DNA from: an uncultured Nitrospiraceae bacterium
GTDB taxonomy: Bacteria > Nitrospirota > Nitrospiria > Nitrospirales > Nitrospiraceae
Assembly: GCA_963846575.1 (NCBI GenBank)
Contig: CAWJWJ010000002.1
Span: 32,001-96,000, forward strand
Direction of reading: 5' to 3'
Length of the DNA stretch: 64,000 nt
Shown here: one piece after another, positions 32,659-43,088 of the stretch
Numbering within the stretch: position 1 is the first letter of the stretch
Layout: the number at the start of each line of letters is the position of its first letter
Translations under genes and position numbers: made by a program
Notes under the pieces: generated by a model
What the model was told of the DNA's origin: nothing
Database searches by the model: none
The model's input: the letters and a program-made list of their open reading frames with translations, nothing else

Positions 32659-33651
32659 GTGATCCGCAGTCGTATCGTCGGAACTGGTTCGTTTGTCCCC
32701 ACTCGGACTGTCGACAACGAGGAGGTGGCAGCGCCTCTTGGGCTGAAGCCCCTTGAGATCGAGGTACTGACCGGCATACGCACAAGGCATTGGGCGGAGC
32801 CGGGGCAAGCCTCCTCAGACCTCGCAGCGCTGGCAGGGCAACGGGCCTGCGCCGCGGCGGGCCTGGGTCCTGAGGCGATTGAAGCGATTGTAGTTTCGAC
32901 GACCTCTCCAGACAGTGCCTTTCCTTCCACCGCCTGTCATGTTCAGCGAGCTCTGGGGGCTAAGCCGGTCATGGCTTTCGACTTATCTGCCTCCTGTTCC
33001 GGGTTTCTGTATGCGCTGTCGATGGCCGACGTTATGATCCGCAGCAAACAGATCCGCTCGTGTTTGGTCATCGCGGCAGAGATCAAGTCGCGATCCCTCA
33101 ATCTTCAGGACAAGGAAACAGCTATCCTGTTCGGCGACGGAGCGGGAGCCGTGGTGGTGGTCGGCGAGGAGAGTGTGACGTCGGATGCGCCGGGCATAGT
33201 GGGTGTGCGTCTGTACGCCGAAGGCTCGGGGCACGGCCTCATCACGATTCCGGCGGGGGGGTCACGCACGCCCAGCAGCGCAGCGGTGATTGCCGCGCAA
33301 GGACATACCTTAAAGATGCGAGGCGCCCCAGTCTTCCGAACCGCAGTGCGGCGACTGGAGCAGGCCATCGTCAACTTGTTGAAAGAGTTAGGTCTGACCG
33401 CGGGGGATGTAGCTCACGTGATCGCACATCAAGCGAATGCCAGGATTCTCGAGCAGCTGCGCCGCCGTCTGGGGCTCTCCCACGACGTGTTGTACTCGGT
33501 CATAGAATGTTATGGAAACACCTCATCGGCTTCGCTGCCCATCGCCTTGGACCATGCCGTAAGGTCCCAACGCGTCACACCGGGGGAGCTTCTCCTGCTG
33601 GGCGCGTTCGGCGGCGGTCTAACCTATGGCGCAGCTCTGGTGCGCTGGTAA
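32659..33651 (+). CDS. fabH: 3-oxoacyl-ACP synthase III
   Basis: Catalytic Cys-His-Asn triad: ASCSGF, HQANARI, YGNTSSAS; also FGDGAGA. Confidence 0.9.
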   Translation: MIRSRIVGTGSFVPTRTVDNEEVAAPLGLKPLEIEVLTGIRTRHWAEPGQASSDLAALAGQRACAAAGLGPEAIEAIVVSTTSPDSAFPSTACHVQRALGAKPVMAFDLSASCSGFLYALSMADVMIRSKQIRSCLVIAAEIKSRSLNLQDKETAILFGDGAGAVVVVGEESVTSDAPGIVGVRLYAEGSGHGLITIPAGGSRTPSSAAVIAAQGHTLKMRGAPVFRTAVRRLEQAIVNLLKELGLTAGDVAHVIAHQANARILEQLRRRLGLSHDVLYSVIECYGNTSSASLPIALDHAVRSQRVTPGELLLLGAFGGGLTYGAALVRW

Positions 33652-33683
33652 TCTCTCTCGGCTAGAAAGGACGCAGGAACGTT

Positions 33684-34301
33684 ATGTTCGGTCTCATTCC
33701 TCGGGAAGAAGCCTTTTTCGACTTGTTCAAGAACGCGGCGCACAACATGATCGAGGGGAGTCGTCTTCTGAAGGACATGATGGAAGACTTCCGGAATCCG
33801 ACTGAGAAGGCCAAGCGCATCAAGGATGTCGAGCATATCGGCGACGGGATTACCCATGAGATCGCGCGGAAACTCAACCTGACGTTTATCACCCCGATCG
33901 ATCGGGAGGACATCCATGATCTTGCGAGTGCGCTGGACGATATTTTGGATGTGGTCGAGGCGATCGCGGATCGGTTCATTCTCTACAAGGTAGCCGCACC
34001 TTCCGAGCCAGCAATTCGGCTGGCGAACGTGCTGTACCAGGCGTCGGTGGAAGTGGGCGCGACGGTAGATCTCCTCGGCAAGTCACATCCCGCGGTTATT
34101 GAATGCAGTGTCAGGGTCAATAGCCTGGAAAATGAAGCGGATCGGATCTCCCGCGACGCCATCTCGCTGTTGTTCGAAAAAGAAACGGATCCTATTGCGG
34201 TTATCAAGTGGAAAGAGATCTACGAGAATTTTGAAGCGGGAACCGATCGGTGTGAAGACGTCGCCAATATCCTTGAGCGCATCGCTCTCAAGCATACCTG
34301 A
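33684..34301 (+). CDS. DUF47 (PhoU-like) phosphate transport regulator
   Basis: EHIGDGITH, FITPIDREDI, LENEAD and DRCEDVAN motifs; directly upstream of pit. Confidence 0.9.
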   Translation: MFGLIPREEAFFDLFKNAAHNMIEGSRLLKDMMEDFRNPTEKAKRIKDVEHIGDGITHEIARKLNLTFITPIDREDIHDLASALDDILDVVEAIADRFILYKVAAPSEPAIRLANVLYQASVEVGATVDLLGKSHPAVIECSVRVNSLENEADRISRDAISLLFEKETDPIAVIKWKEIYENFEAGTDRCEDVANILERIALKHT

Positions 34302-34365
34302 GCGCCTTCCTCGTCTCGTTCGACATGCAATCCCGTCCATCGTTACAGGGTAGGAGCCGGTACTC

Positions 34366-35358
34366 ATGGCTGAACTGAGCGGGCTGTTGTTGATCGTAGT
34401 CATTCTGGCACTGCTCTTTGATTTTTCCAACGGATGGCATGACAGTGCCAATGCCATCGCGACCGTGGTTTCGACGAGAGTGGTGAGTCCGAGTATCGCG
34501 GTCTTGGTGGCAGGGGTGCTCAATGTGGCCGGTGCCTTCATGTCGACGGCAGTCGCCAAGATGGTCGGAACCGGGATTGTCGATCCCCAATCGGTCACTC
34601 AAGTGGTGGTGGCGTCGGCCTTGGCCGGCGCAATCATATGGAATTTCTTTACCTTGATGTTGGGCCTTCCCACGAGTTCCTCCCACGCGCTCATCGGAGG
34701 GCTGGTAGGCGCCGCGCTAACCCATGGCGGGACGGAGGCCGTGAAATTTTCCGGACTGCGATCCGTCCTGGAGGCAATGGTCTTGTCTCCGTTTTTCGGC
34801 TTCGCCATCGGGCTCCTCCTGATGATCGCCTTGAGTTGGATGTTTTTCCGCGTGCCGCGTGCGCTCGCGCTCCGGCTGTTCTCTCGATTGCAATTGGTCT
34901 CGGCGAGTTTTATGGCCTTCAGCCATGGGGCAAACGATGCTCAGAAAGCCATGGGCATCATCACGCTGGCGCTCGTGTCGGCTGGGGTCCTTCCAACGGC
35001 GGAGGTCCCGACATGGGTGATCGGTTCCTGCGCCCTTGCGATGGGACTTGGCACGGCTGTGGGTGGCTGGCGAATTGTGCGGACGTTGGGTATGCGAATC
35101 GTCAAGCTGGAGCCGGTGCATGGGTTCGCGGCTGAGACCGGGGCTGCGGTCGTGTTATTGGCGACGGCCCATATCGGGCTGCCCGTCAGTACGACGCACA
35201 CGATCACTTCGACGGTCATGGGCGTGGGAGCGGTCAAACGATTGTCAGCGGTACGATGGGGGGTGACGAAACGGATTCTGTCGGCCTGGCTCTTCACCCT
35301 GCCGGGGGCTGCGCTCCTCTCGACGCTCTGCTATCTGCTGCTATCACAGCTGTTGTAG
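34366..35358 (+). CDS. pit: Inorganic phosphate transporter (PiT family)
   Basis: NGWHDSANAI, PTSSSHALIG, HGANDAQK and PVSTTH motifs. Confidence 0.92.
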   Translation: MAELSGLLLIVVILALLFDFSNGWHDSANAIATVVSTRVVSPSIAVLVAGVLNVAGAFMSTAVAKMVGTGIVDPQSVTQVVVASALAGAIIWNFFTLMLGLPTSSSHALIGGLVGAALTHGGTEAVKFSGLRSVLEAMVLSPFFGFAIGLLLMIALSWMFFRVPRALALRLFSRLQLVSASFMAFSHGANDAQKAMGIITLALVSAGVLPTAEVPTWVIGSCALAMGLGTAVGGWRIVRTLGMRIVKLEPVHGFAAETGAAVVLLATAHIGLPVSTTHTITSTVMGVGAVKRLSAVRWGVTKRILSAWLFTLPGAALLSTLCYLLLSQLL

Positions 35359-37179
35359 CCGGTTCTGAGGTGCCGGCAGATGAACCACAAATCGACTGCC
35401 CCGCGGTAGGTTACCCTCGACCCAGACGTGCCCGCTGTGGGCCTCGACGATATGTTTTACGATGGCAAGGCCGAGGCCGGTTCCTCCCAGTTCGCGTGAG
35501 CGGGCCTTATCCACCCGATAAAATCGTTCGAATACACGCGGCCGGTCTGCTTCCGGAATCCCGATTCCCGAGTCGGCCACCACAATTTCGGTCATAGGAC
35601 CGGGCGCGCTCCTCCGGCTCTGTGCGGCGGGATGAAGGCTCACCGAGATACGGCCGTGATCCGGAGTGTACTTGACGGCGTTTTCCAGCAGATTGATGAA
35701 GACCTGAACCAGGCGCTCCTCGTCTCCCTCCACCATCGACAACTCGTCCGGAAATGTAATCGCGATTTGGTGGTGTTTCTTGTCCGCAAGGGGCTTGATG
35801 ACGGCCACAGTCCTTTCCAACAGGGCGCGTAATTCCACCGGCTCGTGGCGGAACGACACCTGTCCGGACTCGATCTGCGAAAGCTGCAATAAGTCGTCCA
35901 GAATCAGATTGAGGCGGTTGCTCTGACGCATGATAATTTCCAGAAACGCCGACGCCGTAGTCGGATCGTCTTTGCCTCCGTCCATGAGTGCTTCCACATA
36001 ACCCTTGATGGAGGTAAGGGGTGTCCGCAATTCGTGGGAGACGTTCGCCACGAAATCCTTCCGAATTTTCTCCAGACGACGGAGTTCCGTCATGTCGTGA
36101 AACACAAAGACCGCACAGGCCTCCTGCTCCCGGCTGCCCCCGGCGATAGAAGCTTCGACCCGCAGGCATCGTCCGCTCGGTGAGAGGGTGATCTCGCCGC
36201 CCTGGCCCGAACGACTCTGGAGGACGGAGGCCACGATCGTATTGAGCCCTTCGTGGCGAATGAGCTCCGCATACTGGCGTCCTCGTGACTCCGTGAGCCC
36301 CAGGGAAAACATGCGTTCAAGCGCGGGATTTACCTGAACCACCGTGCCGCGATAGTCCAGCACCATGACCCCTTCGACCATCGCGATCAGCATGGCCAGG
36401 AGTTGGGCACGATCGTCAGAGACTTCCTTGATTTTTGTCTCCAACTGGTCGGTCATATCATTGAGCGTTTGCGCGAGCAGGCCGACCTCGTCCTTTGAGG
36501 AGACGACCAGTCGGACTCCGGGAGTTCCCCCGGCAAGCTGGCGGGCGGCCGCGGCCATTTCCGATAATGGCCTTGTGAGATTACGTGAGAACCAGAGGCT
36601 GAGGGCCATGGCGATGAGAAAGGCCATCCCGAACGCCGTCGCCAAGTCGCGCTCGATATGCCGCACCCGGTCCTCGATTGAGGTCAAAGGCAACCCGAGC
36701 CTGATTATCGGTATGCCTGAGTGTCGATCGAGCTCTGAAAGCAGGCGTGCGACGTAATAGGTGCGTTCACCGGTGGTCGTACTGGCCCGGATGTCCGTGC
36801 CCCGTCCCGTGGCCAGTGCCTGGACCACTTCAATCCGGGAGAGGTGGTTGTCGACGGCGGCCAGCCCCTCAGCTGGAATCGCGCTGTCGGATAGTACGGT
36901 GCCATCCTGCCCGATGAGGGTGATGCGCACCCGGGCATGCTGACTGAGTTCACGCACAGTCGCATTCAGGACAGGCGCAGAGACCGTCTGGCCGGCCTGG
37001 TCGAACAGGGGCTTGAGGGCCATGACAGCCAGGCTGGCACGGGCATCCAACGTCTCGGCGATGCGGTCGAGTTCGGTGCCTTCCACGGAGCGAATGACTA
37101 ACCAGCCTGCGGCAATGAGGCCGACAATGACGGCCGCGAGGGTGCCCAGTGCGACCTTCCAGCGGATGCCCAGACTCAT
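35344..37179 (-). CDS. phoR: Sensor histidine kinase PhoR (HAMP-PAS-HisKA)
   Basis: DFVANVSHELRTPLT, NLLENAVKYT, FERFYRVDKARSR and GGTGLGLAIVKH motifs; next to pit. Confidence 0.88.
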   Translation of the reverse strand: MSLGIRWKVALGTLAAVIVGLIAAGWLVIRSVEGTELDRIAETLDARASLAVMALKPLFDQAGQTVSAPVLNATVRELSQHARVRITLIGQDGTVLSDSAIPAEGLAAVDNHLSRIEVVQALATGRGTDIRASTTTGERTYYVARLLSELDRHSGIPIIRLGLPLTSIEDRVRHIERDLATAFGMAFLIAMALSLWFSRNLTRPLSEMAAAARQLAGGTPGVRLVVSSKDEVGLLAQTLNDMTDQLETKIKEVSDDRAQLLAMLIAMVEGVMVLDYRGTVVQVNPALERMFSLGLTESRGRQYAELIRHEGLNTIVASVLQSRSGQGGEITLSPSGRCLRVEASIAGGSREQEACAVFVFHDMTELRRLEKIRKDFVANVSHELRTPLTSIKGYVEALMDGGKDDPTTASAFLEIIMRQSNRLNLILDDLLQLSQIESGQVSFRHEPVELRALLERTVAVIKPLADKKHHQIAITFPDELSMVEGDEERLVQVFINLLENAVKYTPDHGRISVSLHPAAQSRRSAPGPMTEIVVADSGIGIPEADRPRVFERFYRVDKARSRELGGTGLGLAIVKHIVEAHSGHVWVEGNLPRGSRFVVHLPAPQNRLQQL

Positions 37180-37892
37180 GCCGGTATGTCTGCTTCGCGA
37201 AGTTTGTATCCGAGGGATTTGACGGAAATGATGGCGTCATTCAAGAGCGGAAGCTTTTGTTTGAGCCGGCGCACGTGGACATCCACTGTGCGGGTCGTGC
37301 CATAGTAGTCGTAGCCCCAGGCGGCACTCAGCAGTACGTCGCGTGTGAGTACGCGACCGACATTGCGCAGCAGATGCTCCAGCAGGCCGAACTCTTTGGC
37401 CGTGAGCGGCACCTCTTGTCCTTCCAGCCGGACTTCGTGTCGAGAGAGGTCGACGGTCAAGGGGCCATAACGATAGTGTGTCTGGGGGCTATTCGCGTTC
37501 CGTTCCAAGCGCCGGAGCAGGGCCTTGACGCGCGCGACCAATGCCTTCGGGCTGAAAGGTTTCGTCACATAATCGTCGGCCCCCAGTTCGAGGCCAATGA
37601 CCGTATCGGATTCCTCCGCTTTGGCGGTCAGCATGAGGATGGGGAGGAGTGCCGTATCCGGGTTCAACCGGATGCGTTTGCAGACTTCCAGCCCGTCCAT
37701 CTCGGGCAACATCAGGTCGAGAACGATCAAGTCCGGATGCTCAGCCTTCACCTGCCGAATCCCCTCTGGACCGGTCATCGCGGACACGGTGCGAAATCCC
37801 TCTTTCTCGAGGTAGAGTTTGACGAGCTGGAGAATATCCTTCTCGTCCTCGACGATCAGAATTTTTTTGTGATTCGCTCTGGGGGGCGACAT
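37176..37892 (-). CDS. phoB: OmpR-family response regulator PhoB/PhoP
   Basis: IVEDE, LDLMLP, GADDYVTKPFSP and TRTVDVHVRRL motifs. ATGA overlap with phoR. Confidence 0.85.
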   Translation of the reverse strand: MSPPRANHKKILIVEDEKDILQLVKLYLEKEGFRTVSAMTGPEGIRQVKAEHPDLIVLDLMLPEMDGLEVCKRIRLNPDTALLPILMLTAKAEESDTVIGLELGADDYVTKPFSPKALVARVKALLRRLERNANSPQTHYRYGPLTVDLSRHEVRLEGQEVPLTAKEFGLLEHLLRNVGRVLTRDVLLSAAWGYDYYGTTRTVDVHVRRLKQKLPLLNDAIISVKSLGYKLREADIPA

Positions 37893-38067
37893 GGCCGGAT
37901 TCTCCCATAACCACTGAGCGGCCTCAAGCCCGGCGCGTGGAGCAGGTCGAGGACGAATCTGTTGACGGCAAGGGGGGGTCTGACGTAAGGTGACCTTGTA
38001 GCGTGAAGGTACTGGCCATCCAGCAGTCTGTCTGCAGTCCAGTGGTCTGTCAGGGGAAACACCGATT

Positions 38068-39030
38068 ATGAAGATATATTTAGCCAATCCTCGCGGCTTC
38101 TGCGCGGGCGTGGACCGCGCAATCGATATTGTCGATCTCTCACTCAAAAAATATGGGGCGCCGATTTACGTGCGCCACGAGATCGTGCACAGCCGGCATG
38201 TGGTGAATTCGCTCAGGCACAAGGGTGCCGTGTTCGTGGAAGAGCTGAACGAAGTGCCGGAGGGGTCCGTGGTGATTTTTAGCGCCCACGGGGTGGCAAA
38301 GTCGGTGTGGGAAGAGGCGCAGAGCCGTCGCTTACATGTCATCGATGCCACCTGTCCGCTCGTCATCAAAGTTCACAACGAGGTCAATCGCGACTATACC
38401 CAAGGGTATGAACTGATCCTCATCGGCCATGCGGGACATCCGGAGGTGATCGGGACGTTGGGCCAGATTCCGGACAAATTCCACCTGGTGTCCTCGGTGG
38501 AGGATGTGGAGAAGTTGCATGTCGAAAAGACTCAGAATTTATCCTATGTGACCCAGACCACGTTGAGCGTTGATGAATGTCGAGACATCGTCGATGCCTT
38601 ACATCTGCGGTTTCCCAATATCAAAGGACCCCATCAGGAAGATATTTGTTATGCGACGCAGAATCGCCAGAATGCGGTGAAGTCTCTGTCGAAACTGGTG
38701 GATGTGATCCTGGTCATCGGGTCGCCGAACAGTTCGAACTCAAACCGCCTTCGCGAACTGGGCGAACACTGCGGCATTCCTTCCTACCTCATCGATGCCG
38801 CATCGGATATCAACCCGGATTGGTTAAAAGATGCCAAGAGCGTCGGACTATCAGCAGGGGCCTCGGCCCCGGAAGTGCTGGTCACCGAAGTCGTGGCCTA
38901 CTTGAAGCGCCTTGGATCGTCGGAAGAAGTCGAGGAGTTGACAGTGATCGAGGAGGATGTCGAGTTTCTCCTTCCCAAAGAACTGGTCACGATCGAATCG
39001 GCTTCGCGCGCCTCGGCCTCGGCGAACTAG
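38068..39030 (+). CDS. ispH: 4-hydroxy-3-methylbut-2-enyl diphosphate reductase
   Basis: [36 protein letters not shown] and AGASAP motifs. Confidence 0.96.
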   Translation: MKIYLANPRGFCAGVDRAIDIVDLSLKKYGAPIYVRHEIVHSRHVVNSLRHKGAVFVEELNEVPEGSVVIFSAHGVAKSVWEEAQSRRLHVIDATCPLVIKVHNEVNRDYTQGYELILIGHAGHPEVIGTLGQIPDKFHLVSSVEDVEKLHVEKTQNLSYVTQTTLSVDECRDIVDALHLRFPNIKGPHQEDICYATQNRQNAVKSLSKLVDVILVIGSPNSSNSNRLRELGEHCGIPSYLIDAASDINPDWLKDAKSVGLSAGASAPEVLVTEVVAYLKRLGSSEEVEELTVIEEDVEFLLPKELVTIESASRASASAN

Positions 39031-39217
39031 GTTCGCCGAGCGCCGTTTTCTCTCCAGCCTCATCGTTTTCCATCCTCTCAATATGTTGTGGGATGAGGCA
39101 TGCCTTCCCCCCATATCCGGTATTTTTCTTTGCTTTGCTTTTATCCCTGTGATAGAAGATCTTCCGGTAATTCCTGGAAATCTGTCCCATCCAACCTTCT
39201 TGCTCTGGAGGTAGCCG

Positions 39218-42200
39218 GTGTATCTGAAGTCATTGGAAATGCTCGGCTTCAAATCGTTCGCAGAAGCGAAGATTCAATTCCCGAAAGGGATTACAGCCAT
39301 CGTGGGTCCAAACGGCAGCGGCAAAAGCAATGTCGTCGATTCGATCCTCTGGGTGTTGGGCGAGCAGAGTACCAAAACGCTTCGGAGCGAACGCATGGAA
39401 GACGTCATCTTCAACGGCACCGAGGTTCGTAAGCCGTTGGGGTTGGTGGAGGTCTCCCTGGTCATCGGCGGGTTGGGTGAGTTGCGGTTGGATGCGATTT
39501 CAGGGTTGCCGAGCCAACTCAGCGAGTATCAGGAACTGATGATCACCCGCCGGCTCTATCGAAACGGCGACAGTGAATACCTGATCAACAAGACCGCCTG
39601 CCGGTTGAAGGATATTCGAAACGTCTTAATCGAGACGCGAGCCGGGTCCAAAGGTCATACCGTCATCGAGCAGGGCCGGATCGAGCAGATCCTGCAGGCC
39701 TCGCCGCAAGACCGTCGGGAACTGATCGAGGAAACCGCCGGCATCGTACGATACAAAAAACAGAAGGCCGAAGCTCTCCGCAAACTCGAGTCGACCCAGC
39801 AGAACATGCTGCGTGTGCGCGACATTGTGGCAGAGGTGAAGAAGCAGCTGAATTCACTCGAACGACAGGCCCGTCAAGCCCGTACCTATCAGACCCTGCA
39901 GCAAGAAGCGCGCGGCCTGGAAATCGAGCTGTTGTCCCGCGATTACCGTACGATGCATGCTGATCTCGAAGCCGTTGATCGGGAAGCGCGCGAAGTGGAA
40001 TCCCACGAAACCGAACAGGTGACCGAGCAAGCCCGCCTGGACTCTGAACAGGAGGCGATCAGACTCCGCATGAACGATGCGGCAGAAGCCATTTCGCGCG
40101 TGCGCGAAACCCTGGCCGGCACTGAACAGCGGCAATCGCAGGCCTTGACGGCGGCGGAAGTCGAGCGGAACCGCACCGAATTGTTTGAACGGCAACGGGT
40201 CCAGGCCGCGCAGGAAATGGACCGACTGGCCTCGGATCAAGAACAGGCGAGGACGGAGATCGAGGAGCTTCGTGCGATGGTGTTGCAGTTGGAAGGAGAC
40301 ATCGTCGGGCAGGAGGAACAGTTTCAACAGCTGGATGTCGAGGCCAAAGCTCTGGCCGCACAACGTGCCGCGACGGTCGCGGAGGAAGAACGTGCTCGCC
40401 GTGACGTGTTAAACCTTGCCGTGCTCGTGGCCAATACCGAGCAGAATCTCACGCAGTTAACCACCCGCCAGCAGGAAACCGCTGCCCGGTCCGAACGTGT
40501 GTCGCGCGAGCGGCAGGCCCTGACGGAGCAGGTTGCCGCCTTGGACGAACAACGATATCTGCTCACCGCGCAAAAGGAAGAGGCCGGCCAGCGCATCCAG
40601 GGGCTCATGGTCGAACGCCAGGCGGCGATTGAGCGCATCGACGGCCTCGGTGCGCAGATCCTCGGATTGGATCGCGATATTGTCCGGCTCTCGGAAGAGG
40701 TCGCCGGAGTCGAATCGCGACTGGGTGCCCTGCAAGGCGTGGTACGCGAAGAAATGGGCTACGGCAGGGAAGGTGAAGAAGAAGGAACCGCACTCAAAAC
40801 TTGTGATGGAATTCGGGAGGCGCTGGCGGAATGGCTGGTCATCCCTCCCGGCCTGGATCGAGCAGTCGAGACGATCCTCGGGGAACGGGTGCGGGGCTGG
40901 CTGGTCGAAGAGCCCCTGGCAGCGTGCCGGGCGGTGGAATTCTTGAAAGGGAAGGACTTGGGCCGCGGGGCCTTTATCCCCCGGCAGTTACGATGGCTCT
41001 CTGATACAGCGCCTGATGCGTCGGCAACTTGGTGGACGGCCATCAACGGGCAGCCGGGAGTCGTGGGTCGTGCGATCGATCTGATCCGCGCAGAGGAGGA
41101 GTCGGCCCCCACGCTAGGATACCTCTTTGACGGCATTGTGATTGTAGAATCCTTGACCGTGGCGTTACAGCTTTGGGAGCAACACCAGTGGTCGGCACCG
41201 GCCGGTCCGACCTTCGTAACCTTGTCTGGAGAGACGCTGGACGCGGCCGGCGTGGTGACGGGCGGAGGCAACAGCGGGGGTGGTGGTTTGCTCCAGCGCC
41301 GTCGTGAGGTTCTGGAGCTGGAAGCGCGCCGGACCGGGGCCGCGCAGTCGCTCGAACAGACCAGGGTGGCACGGGACGAGGCGTCCGCCGAATTAGTGCG
41401 CATGCGCGAAGACGAACAGGGGCTTGCGAGGGCCATACGTGAAGCGGAGATGCTGGAGTTGTCGCTGCAAAAAGACGATGCGGGCGCAGAGCGCCAGCGG
41501 GGAGAACTGCATCGGCGGATGGATGTGTTGGCGGAAGAGCTGCAGCGGGGCCTGGCTGAACAAGCCAGGGTGGAGGATGAACTGCGTTCCGGTCATGCGC
41601 AACTTGCTCAATGGATGTCTGAAAAGGCCGGACAGGAAGCAGGTCTGCTTCAAGTGAGGGAGCGGCTTGGAGCGATCGAAGGCCAGAGCCTGGTGATTCA
41701 GCAGCGTTTGACCGAAGTCCGACTGTCCCTGGAGAGTATTCGTGGCAGGCGGGACCATGGCACCAATGATATCGCGCGCTTCACGCAACGCCTCGATGCG
41801 GCGCAGCAACGATCCATCGATCTGGATGAGCAAGTCGCCGGATTGGTTCAAGCCATTGAGAACAGCCGTGAGGAACAGACCAGGCAGGAAGCCTTATGCC
41901 GGGACCTCGGGGCTGAAGTCGACGGGATCAGGGCGGAGTTGGTGGCGGCTCAGGAGGCCCAGACACAGGAAATGGGCGCGCTGCATGCCGTGGAGGAGTC
42001 TCTCACCGCGGTGCGGCAGAGCTTGTCCGCACTGCACGATCGACGAATGAAAGCGGAAGTACGGAAGGCGGAGGTGAAAGCCCATCTCTCAACCATCGAG
42101 AGCACCCTCGCCGGTACCTATCAAATTGATCCGGTATCGCTGGTCGTCCTGGCGACTGATGACTCGCCAGTCGCGGAGGAGCAGGCCTCGCCGGTTTCCG

Positions 42201-42898
42201 CTTCGCTCTTGGACACGCCCCAGTTGCGGGAGCAAATTCAGAAAATCCGCGAGCGACTGGATCGAATGGGCGCGATCAACCTTGCGGCAATCGACGAGCA
42301 TCGTGAGTTGGAGGAGCGCTATCAGTTCTTGACGTCTCAGGAGCAAGATCTGTCGACATCCATCGCCTCGCTCAAGGAAATCATCCAGCGGATCAATCGG
42401 ACGACCAAGGACATGTTCATCGAGACCTTCAATGAACTGCAACAGAAGTTCCGGGACGTCTTTGCACAATTCTTTCCGGGGGGCCGCGCCGAGTTGCAAT
42501 TGGTCGAGGAGCCGCTCGAGGAAGGTGTGGAGGATAACGGGGCGCGCGAGCCCGGAGTCGAGATCGTCGCACAGCCCCCGGGAAAACGGTTGAAGAGCAT
42601 TACGATGTTGTCCGGAGGCGAAAAGACGCTGACGGCGATGGCTCTTTTGATTGCCAGCTTTCTGATCCGCCCGACTCCCTTTTGTATTCTGGACGAAATC
42701 GATGCCCCGCTCGACGAGGAGAACATCGGGCGATTCACGGCGGTCTTGCGTGGTCTTTCAGCGACGGCGCAATTCCTGGTCATCACTCACAACAAGCGAA
42801 CCATGGCGATGGCGGATTCTTTGTTCGGGGTGACGATGGAAGAGCCGGGTGTGTCCACCTTGATTTCCGTGAGGCTCGGTGATTTGCAGCCGGCTTAG
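39218..42898 (+). CDS. smc: Chromosome segregation protein SMC
   Basis: GFKSF, Walker [10 protein letters not shown], coiled coils with hinge, LSGGEK and [12 protein letters not shown] start after GGAGG. Confidence 0.97.
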   Translation: MYLKSLEMLGFKSFAEAKIQFPKGITAIVGPNGSGKSNVVDSILWVLGEQSTKTLRSERMEDVIFNGTEVRKPLGLVEVSLVIGGLGELRLDAISGLPSQLSEYQELMITRRLYRNGDSEYLINKTACRLKDIRNVLIETRAGSKGHTVIEQGRIEQILQASPQDRRELIEETAGIVRYKKQKAEALRKLESTQQNMLRVRDIVAEVKKQLNSLERQARQARTYQTLQQEARGLEIELLSRDYRTMHADLEAVDREAREVESHETEQVTEQARLDSEQEAIRLRMNDAAEAISRVRETLAGTEQRQSQALTAAEVERNRTELFERQRVQAAQEMDRLASDQEQARTEIEELRAMVLQLEGDIVGQEEQFQQLDVEAKALAAQRAATVAEEERARRDVLNLAVLVANTEQNLTQLTTRQQETAARSERVSRERQALTEQVAALDEQRYLLTAQKEEAGQRIQGLMVERQAAIERIDGLGAQILGLDRDIVRLSEEVAGVESRLGALQGVVREEMGYGREGEEEGTALKTCDGIREALAEWLVIPPGLDRAVETILGERVRGWLVEEPLAACRAVEFLKGKDLGRGAFIPRQLRWLSDTAPDASATWWTAINGQPGVVGRAIDLIRAEEESAPTLGYLFDGIVIVESLTVALQLWEQHQWSAPAGPTFVTLSGETLDAAGVVTGGGNSGGGGLLQRRREVLELEARRTGAAQSLEQTRVARDEASAELVRMREDEQGLARAIREAEMLELSLQKDDAGAERQRGELHRRMDVLAEELQRGLAEQARVEDELRSGHAQLAQWMSEKAGQEAGLLQVRERLGAIEGQSLVIQQRLTEVRLSLESIRGRRDHGTNDIARFTQRLDAAQQRSIDLDEQVAGLVQAIENSREEQTRQEALCRDLGAEVDGIRAELVAAQEAQTQEMGALHAVEESLTAVRQSLSALHDRRMKAEVRKAEVKAHLSTIESTLAGTYQIDPVSLVVLATDDSPVAEEQASPVSASLLDTPQLREQIQKIRERLDRMGAINLAAIDEHRELEERYQFLTSQEQDLSTSIASLKEIIQRINRTTKDMFIETFNELQQKFRDVFAQFFPGGRAELQLVEEPLEEGVEDNGAREPGVEIVAQPPGKRLKSITMLSGGEKTLTAMALLIASFLIRPTPFCILDEIDAPLDEENIGRFTAVLRGLSATAQFLVITHNKRTMAMADSLFGVTMEEPGVSTLISVRLGDLQPA

Positions 42899-42946
42899 CC
42901 GGTGAGCTTGGCCGGGGCTGCAGGCCCTGCGTAAGACTCTCGTTCC

Positions 42947-42975
42947 TTGACTGGGTCAGATGATTTTGTTATACA
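42947..42975 (+). promoter_or_regulatory. Putative sigma70 promoter of the shc operon
   Basis: TTGACT-17 bp-TATACA with an extended -10 TGn. Confidence 0.55.
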
Positions 42976-43088
42976 GATCTGCTAAGACTTACCAGTAGTA
43001 TTGTGCGGTTTCGTGTGATCACCAGCTGTTGATGGAACCATCTCGACTATCCATCCCGCCGTCTTTTTCAGACTCACGGCAACACGTT

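Noticed and set aside
37960..38010. TGAC repeats as a Pho box between phoB and ispH
   Set aside because: Spacings are irregular rather than 11-bp periodic, and the match to CTGTCAT is poor.
37893..38147. Long N-terminal extensions in the ORF track (phoB here; also metK, fabH, frdA, sucD)
   Set aside because: RBS, promoter positions and family N-termini support later starts. The phoB extension would overlap ispH.
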